A stretch of 64,000 nt of DNA from an uncultured candidate division Zixibacteria bacterium (GCA_963702205.1 OY969724.1:3136001-3200000), one strand, 5' to 3'. Shown: positions 29,677-39,875, numbered from the stretch's first letter. The notes: generated from the letters alone by a model not told the origin. Numbers and translations: made by a program.

Positions 29677-29709
29677 TGACGCCCCGACCGAAATCGGGGC
29701 GTTTTTTTT
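29677..29709 (+). terminator. Intrinsic terminator after ctpA
   Basis: ACGCCCCGA-CCGAAA-TCGGGGCGT followed by a T-run. Confidence 0.8.
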
Positions 29710-30106
29710 ATTTGAATTCGAGATTGCGAATCAGCCAGCGGTCTTTTTCTTTGCCGAGCGTTATCTCCAGCGGACGGCCCTTGTCGTCCTGCGTGGCCAT
29801 TACGACACATTTGACCACGGCCCTGTCTTTGGTGTAGAAAAATTCCCTCTGCCCGAACGAGTAGAAACTCTCGCCGCCGCCGTAAATGGCGCTTATGATG
29901 CCATTGGCGTCGAGATTGTTCTGGGCGGCGTCGGACGACAACAGAGAATCTATTTTGACCGGATTTTTGTCGTATAGAGCTTCCTGAAACTGCGCCAGGG
30001 AATCCTTGATTACCGGGATTTCGTCTCTCGGAGGATTTTTGTCCGCGCACGCAACAAACATCGCGGCCAGCAACATACCGATTATTGGATAAGTGTATTT
30101 TTTCAT
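29708..30106 (-). CDS. Small lipoprotein, possibly NTF2-like fold
   Basis: MKK..hydrophobic..FVAC lipobox; C-terminal L.KEKDRWLI; overlaps the upstream gene's stop. Confidence 0.65.
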   Translation of the reverse strand: MKKYTYPIIGMLLAAMFVACADKNPPRDEIPVIKDSLAQFQEALYDKNPVKIDSLLSSDAAQNNLDANGIISAIYGGGESFYSFGQREFFYTKDRAVVKCVVMATQDDKGRPLEITLGKEKDRWLIRNLEFK

Positions 30107-31512
30107 CGGTTCAACGCCTTCTGCAGGGAATAGAATCCAAAACCTTCCGGTGCCGCTACGCCATCCGCTTCAATCCGTTTCATTACTTTATCCACGACCA
30201 GGTTCCAGCACCAGTATTTAACACCGCGCAGATAACGGCCTTCGTCGCTGCTGCTGAATTCTTTCTCGACCGCTTTCTTCAGGCTGTCGACGTAGGGTAT
30301 CGCTCCGTCCATCAGCATGGAAACCGGCTTCTGCACTTTTTCATCGGTGTACGTATAAAAAATGGCGGAGCTGTCGCGCACGAAGGACCAGTCGACTCTC
30401 TTATGCTTGAGGAAATCGTCCCGGTAATTCTGGCCGCATATGATTGGCATCGCGCTGGTTCCGCAATGCAGCTGATATACATTTTTATCCGGAATGAAAT
30501 AATAAAATCCCGGACTCGTGTTTTCAGGCGATCCGCTGACAAGGTACATATAGTCGGACATATAGGCGTTGCACGGATCGGACAGCTGGAAAATATTGAA
30601 AACATTACCGTTATTGACGAATTCCCGGCCCAGTACGTTCCACAGATACAGGCACAATATAACCGGGTGTTTGTGATGCAAAATCGACCCCGGGTCGAGA
30701 ATATTGTTCTCCTGGCCGGTAATCTCCCCACCGGCCACCATGGCTTTCACCGTACTATCGTAAAGCGGCATATTCTTCTCAATGACACTTACCAATCCGT
30801 CCACGGTTGCATCCATGGCCGGTCGCAGACGTTGGACGCGGCTGTCGTTTATGACGTTAAACGTAAGCATGGGCTGATCTGCGACTATTTTCGCGTATCC
30901 GTACGTCACCAGCGTGTCGATCTCCGAGCGCACGAAATCATCATCGGTCCCGGTAATCTGGGCAATTTCATCGACACTTTTGCCCTGCGACAGGAAATAG
31001 GTCAATATGCGGCCGAAATCGTTGTCGTAGACGGCCGTCTTATCCACGTAATCGGGAACCATCAGATCCCCGTTCAAGGCCGCACTCAAACTCGCCGGCA
31101 TTAAAAACGAATGACTGAAATCTTTGGAAAATACCTTCTGAGATTCCATGACCCGGTCGAGGGTATCGACGACCGAATAGACGGACAGGTTGATATTACA
31201 AATCCCATAATTGGCCGGAATACCTATCGGCAATTCCTCTTTGGCAGACGCCCCGGGTTCGAGAATCTCGGACCCCCGGTTCATCCTCCACGGTGACAAT
31301 TTTCCACCGGAATAACTCAGGGTCACGATTGTCGTCAGATATTTTAAATCTTCGGTATTGTTTTGGGCAGTGAAAGAAACGGTCCGGTTTCCCCACGCCA
31401 ATTTTGAAACGGCCGCGTCCGTAACGTCGACGTCGGCGGCCAGGGCGGACATCGCAATCATTACCGCCAGAATCGTAAGAATCATGATCCGACCGGTTTT
31501 AAGCATAACCAC
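30103..31512 (-). CDS. Exported hypothetical protein with an internal HTH-like segment
   Basis: 469-aa ORF with a GGAG SD and signal peptide (..AMSALA-AD); in operon with rlmN. Confidence 0.75.
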   Translation of the reverse strand: MVMLKTGRIMILTILAVMIAMSALAADVDVTDAAVSKLAWGNRTVSFTAQNNTEDLKYLTTIVTLSYSGGKLSPWRMNRGSEILEPGASAKEELPIGIPANYGICNINLSVYSVVDTLDRVMESQKVFSKDFSHSFLMPASLSAALNGDLMVPDYVDKTAVYDNDFGRILTYFLSQGKSVDEIAQITGTDDDFVRSEIDTLVTYGYAKIVADQPMLTFNVINDSRVQRLRPAMDATVDGLVSVIEKNMPLYDSTVKAMVAGGEITGQENNILDPGSILHHKHPVILCLYLWNVLGREFVNNGNVFNIFQLSDPCNAYMSDYMYLVSGSPENTSPGFYYFIPDKNVYQLHCGTSAMPIICGQNYRDDFLKHKRVDWSFVRDSSAIFYTYTDEKVQKPVSMLMDGAIPYVDSLKKAVEKEFSSSDEGRYLRGVKYWCWNLVVDKVMKRIEADGVAAPEGFGFYSLQKALNR

Positions 31513-31523
31513 ACTCCTTATTA

Positions 31524-32555
31524 CTATTTTTTGTATTTTCCCGCCAATTGCCCGCAGGCGCCGTCGATATCGAGACCCCGGCTCTTGCGAACCGTGACCG
31601 CCGGTACGTGCGGATATAATTTCTGTGCGAATCTGTCAATTTCATCTTCGGTCGGCCGCCGGTACGGCAGGCCCTCGACCGGGTTATAACTGAGTATATT
31701 TATTTTACAAGGGATACCCCTGACCAGCCGTGACAGTTCCTTAATATCTTCATCGGAATCGTTAAAATCTCCGATTAAAACATATTCGAATGTGACGGGG
31801 TTTTTTCTGATTTTCGCGAAATACCGCGCCGCTTCGGTCAATTTGTCCAGAGGATGTTTTTTCGCCACCGGAATTATCCGGCGGCGTTTGGTGTCGTTGG
31901 CGGCGTGAAGCGATATCGCCAGATTCACTTTCAGGCCGGTATCGGCCAGGCGGATGATTTCCGGCACGATGCCGACCGTGGAGACCGTCACCTTGCGCGC
32001 CGCAATCGACAGCCCAATGCCCGAAGAGATAATTTCAACCGTCCGTACGAGGTTATCGAAATTCAAAAGCGGTTCGCCCATGCCCATGAAGACGATATTT
32101 CCGAAGGCGTTCTCACCATCGCGGCGGCGTAGATAAATCAACTGCCCGACGATTTCGGCCGTGGATAGATTGCGCGTGAAACCCATCCGACCGGTGGCGC
32201 AGAACGTGCAGCCGAGCGGGCACCCGGCCTGGCTGGAGACGCAGACCGTCCGCTTGTGGCCGTCCTTGAGCAGGACCGACTCGATCAATGCCCCCTCGGA
32301 CAGCCGGTACAGAAATTTTTCTGACCCGTCGGATGACACGACGGTTTCCTCTGGAGCCATGCCGATAAAAGAAAACTTCCCGCTGAGCCTTTGGCGCAGA
32401 TCGCGCGAAAGATCGGTCATGCGCTCGAATTCATTCTCGCCCAGCTTGTAAAACCACTTAAACAATTGCCGGGCGCGGTACGGCTTTTCCCCGATTTCGA
32501 GCATGAGGTTTTCAAGATCGGTAACAGTATTTCCAAACAAGTTGATTGGTTCCAC
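31524..32555 (-). CDS. rlmN: 23S rRNA m2A2503 / tRNA m2A37 radical-SAM methyltransferase
   Basis: CVSSQAGCPLGCTFCATG, FMGMGEP, ISLHA, DIDGACGQL. Confidence 0.96.
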   Translation of the reverse strand: MEPINLFGNTVTDLENLMLEIGEKPYRARQLFKWFYKLGENEFERMTDLSRDLRQRLSGKFSFIGMAPEETVVSSDGSEKFLYRLSEGALIESVLLKDGHKRTVCVSSQAGCPLGCTFCATGRMGFTRNLSTAEIVGQLIYLRRRDGENAFGNIVFMGMGEPLLNFDNLVRTVEIISSGIGLSIAARKVTVSTVGIVPEIIRLADTGLKVNLAISLHAANDTKRRRIIPVAKKHPLDKLTEAARYFAKIRKNPVTFEYVLIGDFNDSDEDIKELSRLVRGIPCKINILSYNPVEGLPYRRPTEDEIDRFAQKLYPHVPAVTVRKSRGLDIDGACGQLAGKYKK

Positions 32556-32617
32556 CCGCCCAAATTAATCAGAATTTTTAAATTATCAAGGGCTTTCCGG
32601 GTCAAATCCAATCCATA

Positions 32618-32650
32618 AAAAAATGGCCCCAATTATTCGGGACCATTTTT
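32618..32650. terminator. Putative terminator hairpin
   Basis: AAAAATGGCCCC..GGGACCATTTTT imperfect inverted repeat. Confidence 0.55.
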
Positions 32651-32674
32651 CAAAAAGTGTTGTCGGCCGGGCGA

Positions 32675-33250
32675 TTATTTGTTCATTTTATCGATGGCCT
32701 GGCTCAGTTTGTCCAGCTTCTTATTGAGAGCATCGATGTCTTTCTTACTGGCCAGACGGAGCTTGTCGATCACATTCGCGATTTCTTTCTGGATATTGCC
32801 GGTCTCCTTCTTGACCTTCTCGGTGAAGGCTCCGGTCTGCTTTTCGGCTTTTTCCAGAAGCTCCATGACGGCGTCTTTGCGCTGCGACTGTGAGATTTCG
32901 CCCGCCTTGATCAAGGAATCGATTACCTCTTCGGCCTTCTTTCGGGTGAGGTTATAAACGCCCACCGACGCCAGGTATGTGTTCTTCAGAATTGACATTG
33001 ACTTTTTTCCTCCTGAAGTTATTGCGTTCATCAATACGTCTTTCGCTTTATTCAAATCCTGCCAGTGGTTGACCTCCCCGGCGATCACCTGGGCCAGGAC
33101 GGCCGGGGTTATATCGTAACCGGTCACCGAGTCGACCACTTTAAACGAAACGTCGCTGTCAATTATCGCGATAAGTTGCGCGTGTGTAATATAGCGCTTG
33201 TCTTCGGTATCGTACAGCCGACGGTTCTTGTATCGTTTTATCAGTTTCAT
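32675..33250 (-). CDS. PhaR-type DNA-binding domain fused to a phasin-like domain
   Basis: IKRYKNRRLYDT..YIT..F.VVD..TG.DIT..VLAQVI (PhaR N-terminal domain); LASVG..LT..KAEE..D.LIK.GE..LASK.DI..L.KKLD.L (PhaF/PhaI-like). Confidence 0.8.
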   Translation of the reverse strand: MKLIKRYKNRRLYDTEDKRYITHAQLIAIIDSDVSFKVVDSVTGYDITPAVLAQVIAGEVNHWQDLNKAKDVLMNAITSGGKKSMSILKNTYLASVGVYNLTRKKAEEVIDSLIKAGEISQSQRKDAVMELLEKAEKQTGAFTEKVKKETGNIQKEIANVIDKLRLASKKDIDALNKKLDKLSQAIDKMNK

Positions 33251-33335
33251 GGGCGGCCTTTTATTTGTCTCTATATCTTTATACACAATATAGTGCGCCG
33301 CACAATATTTTCAACAAAAAAAATTTCCGGAGGTT

Positions 33336-33737
33336 TCAATGACGCGACGTTGACATAAGAATAATATTGACGATTTCCAGAAGGCGCTCGCACGAAAACG
33401 GCTTTTTGATGAACATATCGCCGCCGACCTTGAATGAGCGGCCCATGTCCTCGTTCATGTCTTTCCCGGTCAGGAAAACTACCGGCACATTGGCCAGCCC
33501 CGGGTCGTTTTTAATTTCATTACAGATGCTGTAGCCGTCGGTCCCCGGCATCATGATATCCAGCAAAATAATGTCCGGGCGGACTTCTTTGGCCTTTTGA
33601 ATGGCCTTCTTGCCGTCGTTGGAAATATGCACTTCATGACCGGCATTGACCAGGAAAGCCTCGACAATCTCAGTAATCTGAGGCTCGTCGTCGACGACAA
33701 GAATCTTGGTTACCTTTGTTTTTTGCCCCACTGCCAA
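33336..33737 (-). CDS. Single-domain response regulator
   Basis: ILVVDDE, LLDIMMP, FLTG, KKPF. Confidence 0.9.
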   Translation of the reverse strand: MAVGQKTKVTKILVVDDEPQITEIVEAFLVNAGHEVHISNDGKKAIQKAKEVRPDIILLDIMMPGTDGYSICNEIKNDPGLANVPVVFLTGKDMNEDMGRSFKVGGDMFIKKPFSCERLLEIVNIILMSTSRH

Positions 33738-33882
33738 TTAATATCTCCGTTAATTATTGGGCACTTATCTTTAATTTATTTATCGGCAGGCTACATGAAA
33801 TTATTAAGCTATAATAGAGGCAAAAGCAGCGGGCAATGCCGGCTTGCCGACACTATCCATGAAGGCTATAAACCATAACGGC

Positions 33883-34668
33883 TTAGTAAAATTCAGGACG
33901 ACGGTCATCCAGCAGGTTGTTGCGCGGGGTAATGCCTTTTTGGTCGGCCAGGGCGGGATCAATATCACACGAGGCAAAAGCGGTCTCATCGGGTCCTAAT
34001 TCGGCCAAAACCCGGCCATCGGGACCGATAATTCTCGAACGCCCGATAAAGACCAGTGCCGAACCGGTGCGATTTTCGATTCCCGTGCGGTCGGCGGTAA
34101 TGGTGAAGACCTTATTTTCCAAAGCCCGGGTGACCATAGCGTCAGGGCAGTGGGGCAGGACCAGATTCGACGGATGACAGATGACCTGTGCCCCCATAAG
34201 GGTCAGCTTGCGGGCCGCCTCCGGGAAACGCCAGTCGAAGCAGATCATCAGGCCGATTCGGGCGCCGTTGTAATCGAAAACTACGAAGCCGGTGTCGCCC
34301 GGCTCGAAAAAGGCCTTCTCGGTATCGAACAGATGGGTCTTGCGATAAAGGTGATTGTTGCCGTCGGGCGCGACAGCCATGGCGGAATTATACAGCCTGT
34401 TATTTTCGCCCAACTCAGGAAATCCGTAGACAATCAGAGCGTTTTTATTTCGCGCCAATTCACTCATCTTCTTGAACGTCATACCCTCCCCGGCGCGGTC
34501 GGCCAAAGATGTTGCTTCATCGACGATTTTAAACTGATATCCCGTTGCGAAAAATTCCGGCAGAACCAGCAGATCGAAATCTTCTTCATCGACTGCCGTA
34601 ATTACTGATGATACGTTCTGTTCGATCTTTCCGAACGACGGATTAAATTGATATACTGCGACTTTCAT
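33883..34668 (-). CDS. Nitrilase superfamily carbon-nitrogen hydrolase
   Basis: Catalytic triad LPE, YRKTHL, ICFDWRFPE. Confidence 0.92.
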   Translation of the reverse strand: MKVAVYQFNPSFGKIEQNVSSVITAVDEEDFDLLVLPEFFATGYQFKIVDEATSLADRAGEGMTFKKMSELARNKNALIVYGFPELGENNRLYNSAMAVAPDGNNHLYRKTHLFDTEKAFFEPGDTGFVVFDYNGARIGLMICFDWRFPEAARKLTLMGAQVICHPSNLVLPHCPDAMVTRALENKVFTITADRTGIENRTGSALVFIGRSRIIGPDGRVLAELGPDETAFASCDIDPALADQKGITPRNNLLDDRRPEFY

Positions 34669-34749
34669 AACTTCCCCTTTCAGCACTCGTAACATATAAA
34701 GATAATAAAACAATTGCAACGATTATGCCCCCCCGATATATTAGCCTGC

Positions 34750-35217
34750 ATGTCGGAAAACGAAGCCAAAATCAAGGTTATTGTCACCAATCGCAAAGCT
34801 TTTCGCGATTTTGAAATAATCGACAAGCGCGAAGTGGGTATTTCACTGGTCGGCACCGAAGTCAAATCCCTTCGGGCGGGCAAAGTAAATATTTCCGACA
34901 GCTATGCCTCGGTCGTAAACGGCGAAGTCATACTACACAACCTGCACATTTCACAGTTCGAGCAATCGTCGCAAACTAACCACGAGCCGACCCGGCCGCG
35001 CAAGCTGCTTCTGCACAAACGGGAAATTCGCAAACTGTTCGGGGCCACCGCTGAAAGGGGCTTTACGCTTGTCCCGCTCAGGATTTATTTTAAGGGACCC
35101 TATGTAAAAATCGAACTGGCGGTCGCACGAGGACGTAAAAAATATGACAAGAGGGAAGTCATCGCCAGGAAAGAGGCCGACCGGGCCATGCAGAGGGCTC
35201 AAAAGAAGAATCTATGA
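34750..35217 (+). CDS. smpB: SsrA-binding protein
   Basis: NRKA, GI.LVGTEVKSLR, RKLLLHKREI, RGRKKYDKR. Confidence 0.97.
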   Translation: MSENEAKIKVIVTNRKAFRDFEIIDKREVGISLVGTEVKSLRAGKVNISDSYASVVNGEVILHNLHISQFEQSSQTNHEPTRPRKLLLHKREIRKLFGATAERGFTLVPLRIYFKGPYVKIELAVARGRKKYDKREVIARKEADRAMQRAQKKNL

Positions 35218-36698
35218 AAACGCGAGTCTTAAATAAGTTATTGCTGGTTCTTTTATTGTTGGTCGCAGCAATACCGATCAAGGCCGATGATATCGATCTT
35301 CAGATATCCGGCGGCAAAGAAAAGATCGGCTATCATAGAGAAGGCGACATCGATTATTTTTCGCTTTCGGAGTTGTCTTCGGTTATGGGCGATCATATTT
35401 CGTGGGACATTGTCGGTCTTTCGGTGATGTATCAGGTGCAGGGGCACAAAATTAAGTTTTTCGCCGATTCGCCGTACTTGAATGCCGATGATTCCGTGCT
35501 CAACATGACTTATCCGGCGCTGTTGATTAAAGGACAGATATATCTTCCCTGCCAGACTTTTATCCCTATTCTTGACAACATCCGCTCCGAGCGGGTAACC
35601 TGGGACCGAGACCGAAAATCGATACGGGTCGACTCGGAATTTTTCACGGTTACCGATCTGACCATTTCGGCCAAGGCTAATGGAATACTGATTGAAATTT
35701 TTCTGTCCAAGCCCACCGATTACGAAATCTATGAATCCGAGGGCAACTGGCTGAACATCACGATCCCCGATGCCACCGTCAACAGGCGTCAATTTCTTCT
35801 GCGCCGCGACCGAAATTTCCTGAGGGATATGAACGTCTTCCAGTTCAAATCTTCGGCGCAAATTTCTCTCCGTTTCAAGCGTCCGATTCAAAAATACAAC
35901 AACCGACTGGCCCAAAATCCGGTCCGCATACAGATATCGCTTCTTGATTCGACCGCCGCTCCAATCGCCAGCCACGGTATCGGCAAGGTCGGCCCCGACC
36001 ATAAAATCGACAAAATCATAATCGACCCCGGTCACGGCGGCAACGATTACGGGGCGATCGGGCTCGACAAGACCAAAGAAAAGAAAATTGTCCTTGATAT
36101 TGCCAAAAGATTAGCCAAACTTATACGCGATGACAAAATATTCGAGGCCGTCCTGACCCGGTCCAGCGATAAATATATTTCACTGGAGGAACGAACCCGC
36201 ATCGCCAACGAAGCTGCCGGCGATATGTATATCTCCATCCATGCCAACGCTTCGCTGAACCGCTCGGCGCGGGGGTTTCAGGTATTTTTCCTGGCCCCGG
36301 CCAAAAACGATGAGGCCCGCGCCGCCGCGCAGCTTGAAAACGCCTCGTTTGCCGAGGAACTCGGATCGCAGGGTTCCGGCGAGGAGGACAACCTGAGTTT
36401 TATTTTGAGCGACATGATACAAAATGAATTTCAGGAGGAATCCGCCGACCTGGCGTCGATGATCGACCGGGAGTTCAGGAAATCACTGTCCACCAAAACC
36501 AAGGCGCGGGGTATCGACCAGGCGGCGTTTGTCGTCCTCAACGGCGTCTATATGCCGTCGGTACTGGTCGAGACGGCTTTCCTGTCGAACCGTCAGGACG
36601 AGGACCTGCTCAACGAAAAGAACTATCGCCAAAAGGTCGCCGAGGCGATTTACGATGGCCTGAAACGATTCAAAGCTAAGTACGAAAGTTTGCAATAA
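35214..36698 (+). CDS. N-acetylmuramoyl-L-alanine amidase (Amidase_3)
   Basis: Signal peptide, IIDPGHGG, EK, ISIHANA, PSVLVETAFLSN. Confidence 0.92.
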   Translation: MKTRVLNKLLLVLLLLVAAIPIKADDIDLQISGGKEKIGYHREGDIDYFSLSELSSVMGDHISWDIVGLSVMYQVQGHKIKFFADSPYLNADDSVLNMTYPALLIKGQIYLPCQTFIPILDNIRSERVTWDRDRKSIRVDSEFFTVTDLTISAKANGILIEIFLSKPTDYEIYESEGNWLNITIPDATVNRRQFLLRRDRNFLRDMNVFQFKSSAQISLRFKRPIQKYNNRLAQNPVRIQISLLDSTAAPIASHGIGKVGPDHKIDKIIIDPGHGGNDYGAIGLDKTKEKKIVLDIAKRLAKLIRDDKIFEAVLTRSSDKYISLEERTRIANEAAGDMYISIHANASLNRSARGFQVFFLAPAKNDEARAAAQLENASFAEELGSQGSGEEDNLSFILSDMIQNEFQEESADLASMIDREFRKSLSTKTKARGIDQAAFVVLNGVYMPSVLVETAFLSNRQDEDLLNEKNYRQKVAEAIYDGLKRFKAKYESLQ

Positions 36699-37516
36699 TG
36701 AACGATGATGCCAAACAAAAGCCTATAGGTATATTCGATTCCGGCGTCGGCGGCCTGACGGTCGCGGCCGAAATAATGAAAAAGCTGCCGAACGAAAATA
36801 TCGTCTATTTCGGCGACGTCGGCCGGTACCCCTATGGCGGTCGGTCCAAAGAAACGATTGTTTCTTTTACGCGGCAGGACATAAACTTCCTGCTGGACCA
36901 CCAGGTCAAATTTATCATAGCCGCCTGTAACTCGGCCACCGCCGCCGCGCTCGATACGGTCGTCGGGGAGTACGATACAGGTATTCTGGGCGTAATCGAA
37001 CCGGGCGCCAAAGCGGCCCTCAATTATACTTCCAACAATCGCGTCGGCATCATCGGCACGGTCGCGACCATCGGCTCCGACAGCTATGCCAAAGCGATAC
37101 AAAAGCTGAACCCCGACGTCAAAGTCTTTTCGCTGGCCTGTCCCCTGTTCGTGCCGCTGGCCGAGGAAGGTTACATCGAAAAAGAAGCGACGTACCTGAT
37201 CGCCCGAGATTACCTTAAGACTCTGATCGACGTCGACATCGACACCCTCGTCCTCGGTTGTACTCACTATCCTCTATTAAAGGGTGTTATCGGCGACGTC
37301 ATGGGCGACAAAGTGCGGCTGGTCGATTCGGCCGAGGAAACCGCCCGCGAGGCCGTCGCCGTCCTGAGCGAAAAGGACCTGCTCCGGCCGAAAGGCGGCG
37401 ATGTGTCGCACAAGTTTTATGTCTCCGACGTGCCCGATAAATTTTCCAGCGTCGTCAAACAGTTCATAGGGTATAGTATCAACAATATAACGCGCATCGA
37501 CATAACCAGATATTGA
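36698..37516 (+). CDS. murI: Glutamate racemase
   Basis: GIFDSGVGGLTV, PYG, ACNSA, LGCTHYP. Confidence 0.96.
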   Translation: MNDDAKQKPIGIFDSGVGGLTVAAEIMKKLPNENIVYFGDVGRYPYGGRSKETIVSFTRQDINFLLDHQVKFIIAACNSATAAALDTVVGEYDTGILGVIEPGAKAALNYTSNNRVGIIGTVATIGSDSYAKAIQKLNPDVKVFSLACPLFVPLAEEGYIEKEATYLIARDYLKTLIDVDIDTLVLGCTHYPLLKGVIGDVMGDKVRLVDSAEETAREAVAVLSEKDLLRPKGGDVSHKFYVSDVPDKFSSVVKQFIGYSINNITRIDITRY

Positions 37517-37517
37517 T

Positions 37518-38684
37518 ATGGAATATGCTATAACAGGAATAATCGTCGCCGTTCTCTTTGCCGTGGTAGTGCTGTACCTTCAGTACCAGAACCGCAAAAG
37601 CAATCAAGAGCTGGTACAGCAGATTAAAACCGACGTGCTAGGCGAAATCGGAAACACTTTCGGCACGGCTTCGCTTAAGGCTCTTAAGGATAACTCCGAG
37701 CAGTTTCTGACGCTGGCCGACAAGACCCTGAGCAACCAGACTAAAGAAAATGTCCGCGAACTCGAAGGTAAAAAAGAACTGATCGACAACACTCTGACAC
37801 AGATCAAATCCGAAATGGACAAAGTCGAACAGTTGATAAAGACTCTCGAAAACGATCGTGAACAAAAATACGGTGAACTCAACAAAGGTCTGGAAAATCA
37901 AAGTGCCCAGGTATTGCGGCTCTCAGACCAGACATATAAACTCAATGAGTTATTATCCGGAACCAAAACCCGTGGGAACTGGGGCGAGCGTATGGCCGAG
38001 GATATCCTGAATGTAATCGGCATGGTCGAAAATATAAATTATGTCAAGCAAAAGCAGGTCGAGGGTGGCAAAGGACGGCCGGATTTCACGTTCCTGCTCC
38101 CCGATGGGTTTAAAGTCAATATGGATGTCAAATTTCCGCTTGATAATTTTAAGAATTATATCGAAAACGATGATGAAGAGGCTAAAAAGGGCTATATGGC
38201 GGCCTATATAAGAGACGCCAAAAATACGATCAAGAGTATCGACACCCGGGAATATATAAATCTCGAACAGAAAACGCTGGACTTCGTGATAATCTTCATT
38301 CCGCACGAGCAAGGTTATGCCTTTCTGATGGAGCACGACCCCAATTTCTTCGACGATGCCTTAAAACAAAAAATCGTCGTTTGCTCGCCGTGGACATTGT
38401 ATGCCTTTCTGGCGGTGATAAAGCAGTCGGTGGATAATTTCAAACTCGTCCAGTCGGCCACTGAAATTCTCGCACTTATGAGAGCTTTTTACAAACAATG
38501 GAACTTGTACGTTACGGCCCAGGATACGCTGGGCAATAAAATCGAAGCCGTCCAGGCGGAATACAATAAAATTATTACGACTCGAAAAAATCAACTGGAA
38601 CGCCAGCTGCAAAAAATCGAGGAGCTCGCCAATCAAAAGGGCCTGAGCGCGATCGAGTCGGCAGAAGATGACCAATTTATTTAA
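37518..38684 (+). CDS. rmuC: DNA recombination protein RmuC family
   Basis: N-terminal TM helix, coiled coil, RGNWGE, RPD..LP..DVKFPL, DFVIIFIP.E. Confidence 0.88.
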   Translation: MEYAITGIIVAVLFAVVVLYLQYQNRKSNQELVQQIKTDVLGEIGNTFGTASLKALKDNSEQFLTLADKTLSNQTKENVRELEGKKELIDNTLTQIKSEMDKVEQLIKTLENDREQKYGELNKGLENQSAQVLRLSDQTYKLNELLSGTKTRGNWGERMAEDILNVIGMVENINYVKQKQVEGGKGRPDFTFLLPDGFKVNMDVKFPLDNFKNYIENDDEEAKKGYMAAYIRDAKNTIKSIDTREYINLEQKTLDFVIIFIPHEQGYAFLMEHDPNFFDDALKQKIVVCSPWTLYAFLAVIKQSVDNFKLVQSATEILALMRAFYKQWNLYVTAQDTLGNKIEAVQAEYNKIITTRKNQLERQLQKIEELANQKGLSAIESAEDDQFI

Positions 38685-38704
38685 ATAAAAAACGGATATG
38701 TCCT

Positions 38705-39875
38705 ATGGATCTGGTTAAACAAAAGATAGTACAGGCGGTGGATATACTCAACGAACTCGATCTGGACCTATGGCTGATTTTCTGCCGCGAAACCGACGTC
38801 ATGGCCGACCCCTGCCTGCCGCTCGTGGTAGGGCACAAGGTCGTCTGGCAGTCGGCGTTTTTTATCGGCCGCGACGGCGACACCACCGCCATGATCGGCA
38901 GCTACGACACCTCCGATTTCGAGAAGTCGCAGCGCTTCAAATACGTCATGCCGTACGTGCAGGACTGCGGAGTCCAGATAAGAGAATATATTGAAAAGCT
39001 CAACCCAGGCACGATCGCTCTCAATTATTCGATTGACGATCCGTCGGCCGACGGGCTCGCGCACGGGATGTACAACCTGTTGTGCGATTATCTGAAGGGT
39101 ACGCCATTGGCACAGCGGTTTGTCTCGGCCGAGAATCTGGTTTCACTCTTGCGCGGACGGAAGCTCGATGAGGAACTCGACCGGATCACGTCGGCGGCGA
39201 TCCTGGCCAATAATGCCTGGTTCAATGCCCTCGACGACATCGAAGTCGGCCTGACCGAAATCGAAATCGCCGAAACGATTGAAAAACACGTCGCCCGTCT
39301 CGGAGCGAAAAAATCATTTGAAATCCTCGTCAACGCTGCCGATAAATCCGACGCCGGTCATGGCACCCCCGGTACCGCCAAACTGGCTCCCGGCGACCTT
39401 TTGCACATCGACATGGGCGCCCGCCTGCACGAGGACCTGTTCCGATATACAGCGCCTTGTGTACTACCGCCGTTCAGGAGAAAGCGGCGCTCCGGCCGAA
39501 CTGATCGATGCCTTCAATGCCGTTCGAGATATAATAACCGAAGTCGCTCAGTTGTACCGTCCGGGCGCGATCGGCCACGAGATCGACGCCGTCGCGCGTC
39601 AGCGTCTGCAGGAACGCGGCTATCCGGTGTATGAACATGCGCTGGGACATCAAATCGGTCGTTCGGTTCACGACGGCGCGGCCGTCGTCGGACCGAAATG
39701 GGAGCGTTACGGCAAAACGACGTCGATACCCCTCGAAAAAAACAACGTCTTCACGGTCGAATTCGGCATCGAACTCGGCGGCATCGGATATGTCGGGCTC
39801 GAAGAAGACCTGGCCGTCACCGATGAAGGCGGGAGATTTTTGTGTCCACGACAAATGGAGCTTATTATTGTATGA
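38705..39875 (+). CDS. M24 family (Xaa-Pro) peptidase; +1 frameshift near 39436
   Basis: Frame 1 runs to HIDMG; frame 2 continues CSDIQR..HALGHQIG..VHD..VE..LEED, giving the complete metal-ligand set once joined. Confidence 0.88.

Noticed and set aside
30085..31104. Long antisense ORFs (e.g. 30085..31104 +, 56750..57658 +, 47482..48291 +, 35253..36035 -)
   Set aside because: They shadow better-supported genes on the opposite strand and show no recognisable motifs.
34680..35220. tmRNA (ssrA) near smpB
   Set aside because: The flanks are fully coding or too short, and no tmRNA-like ends were seen.
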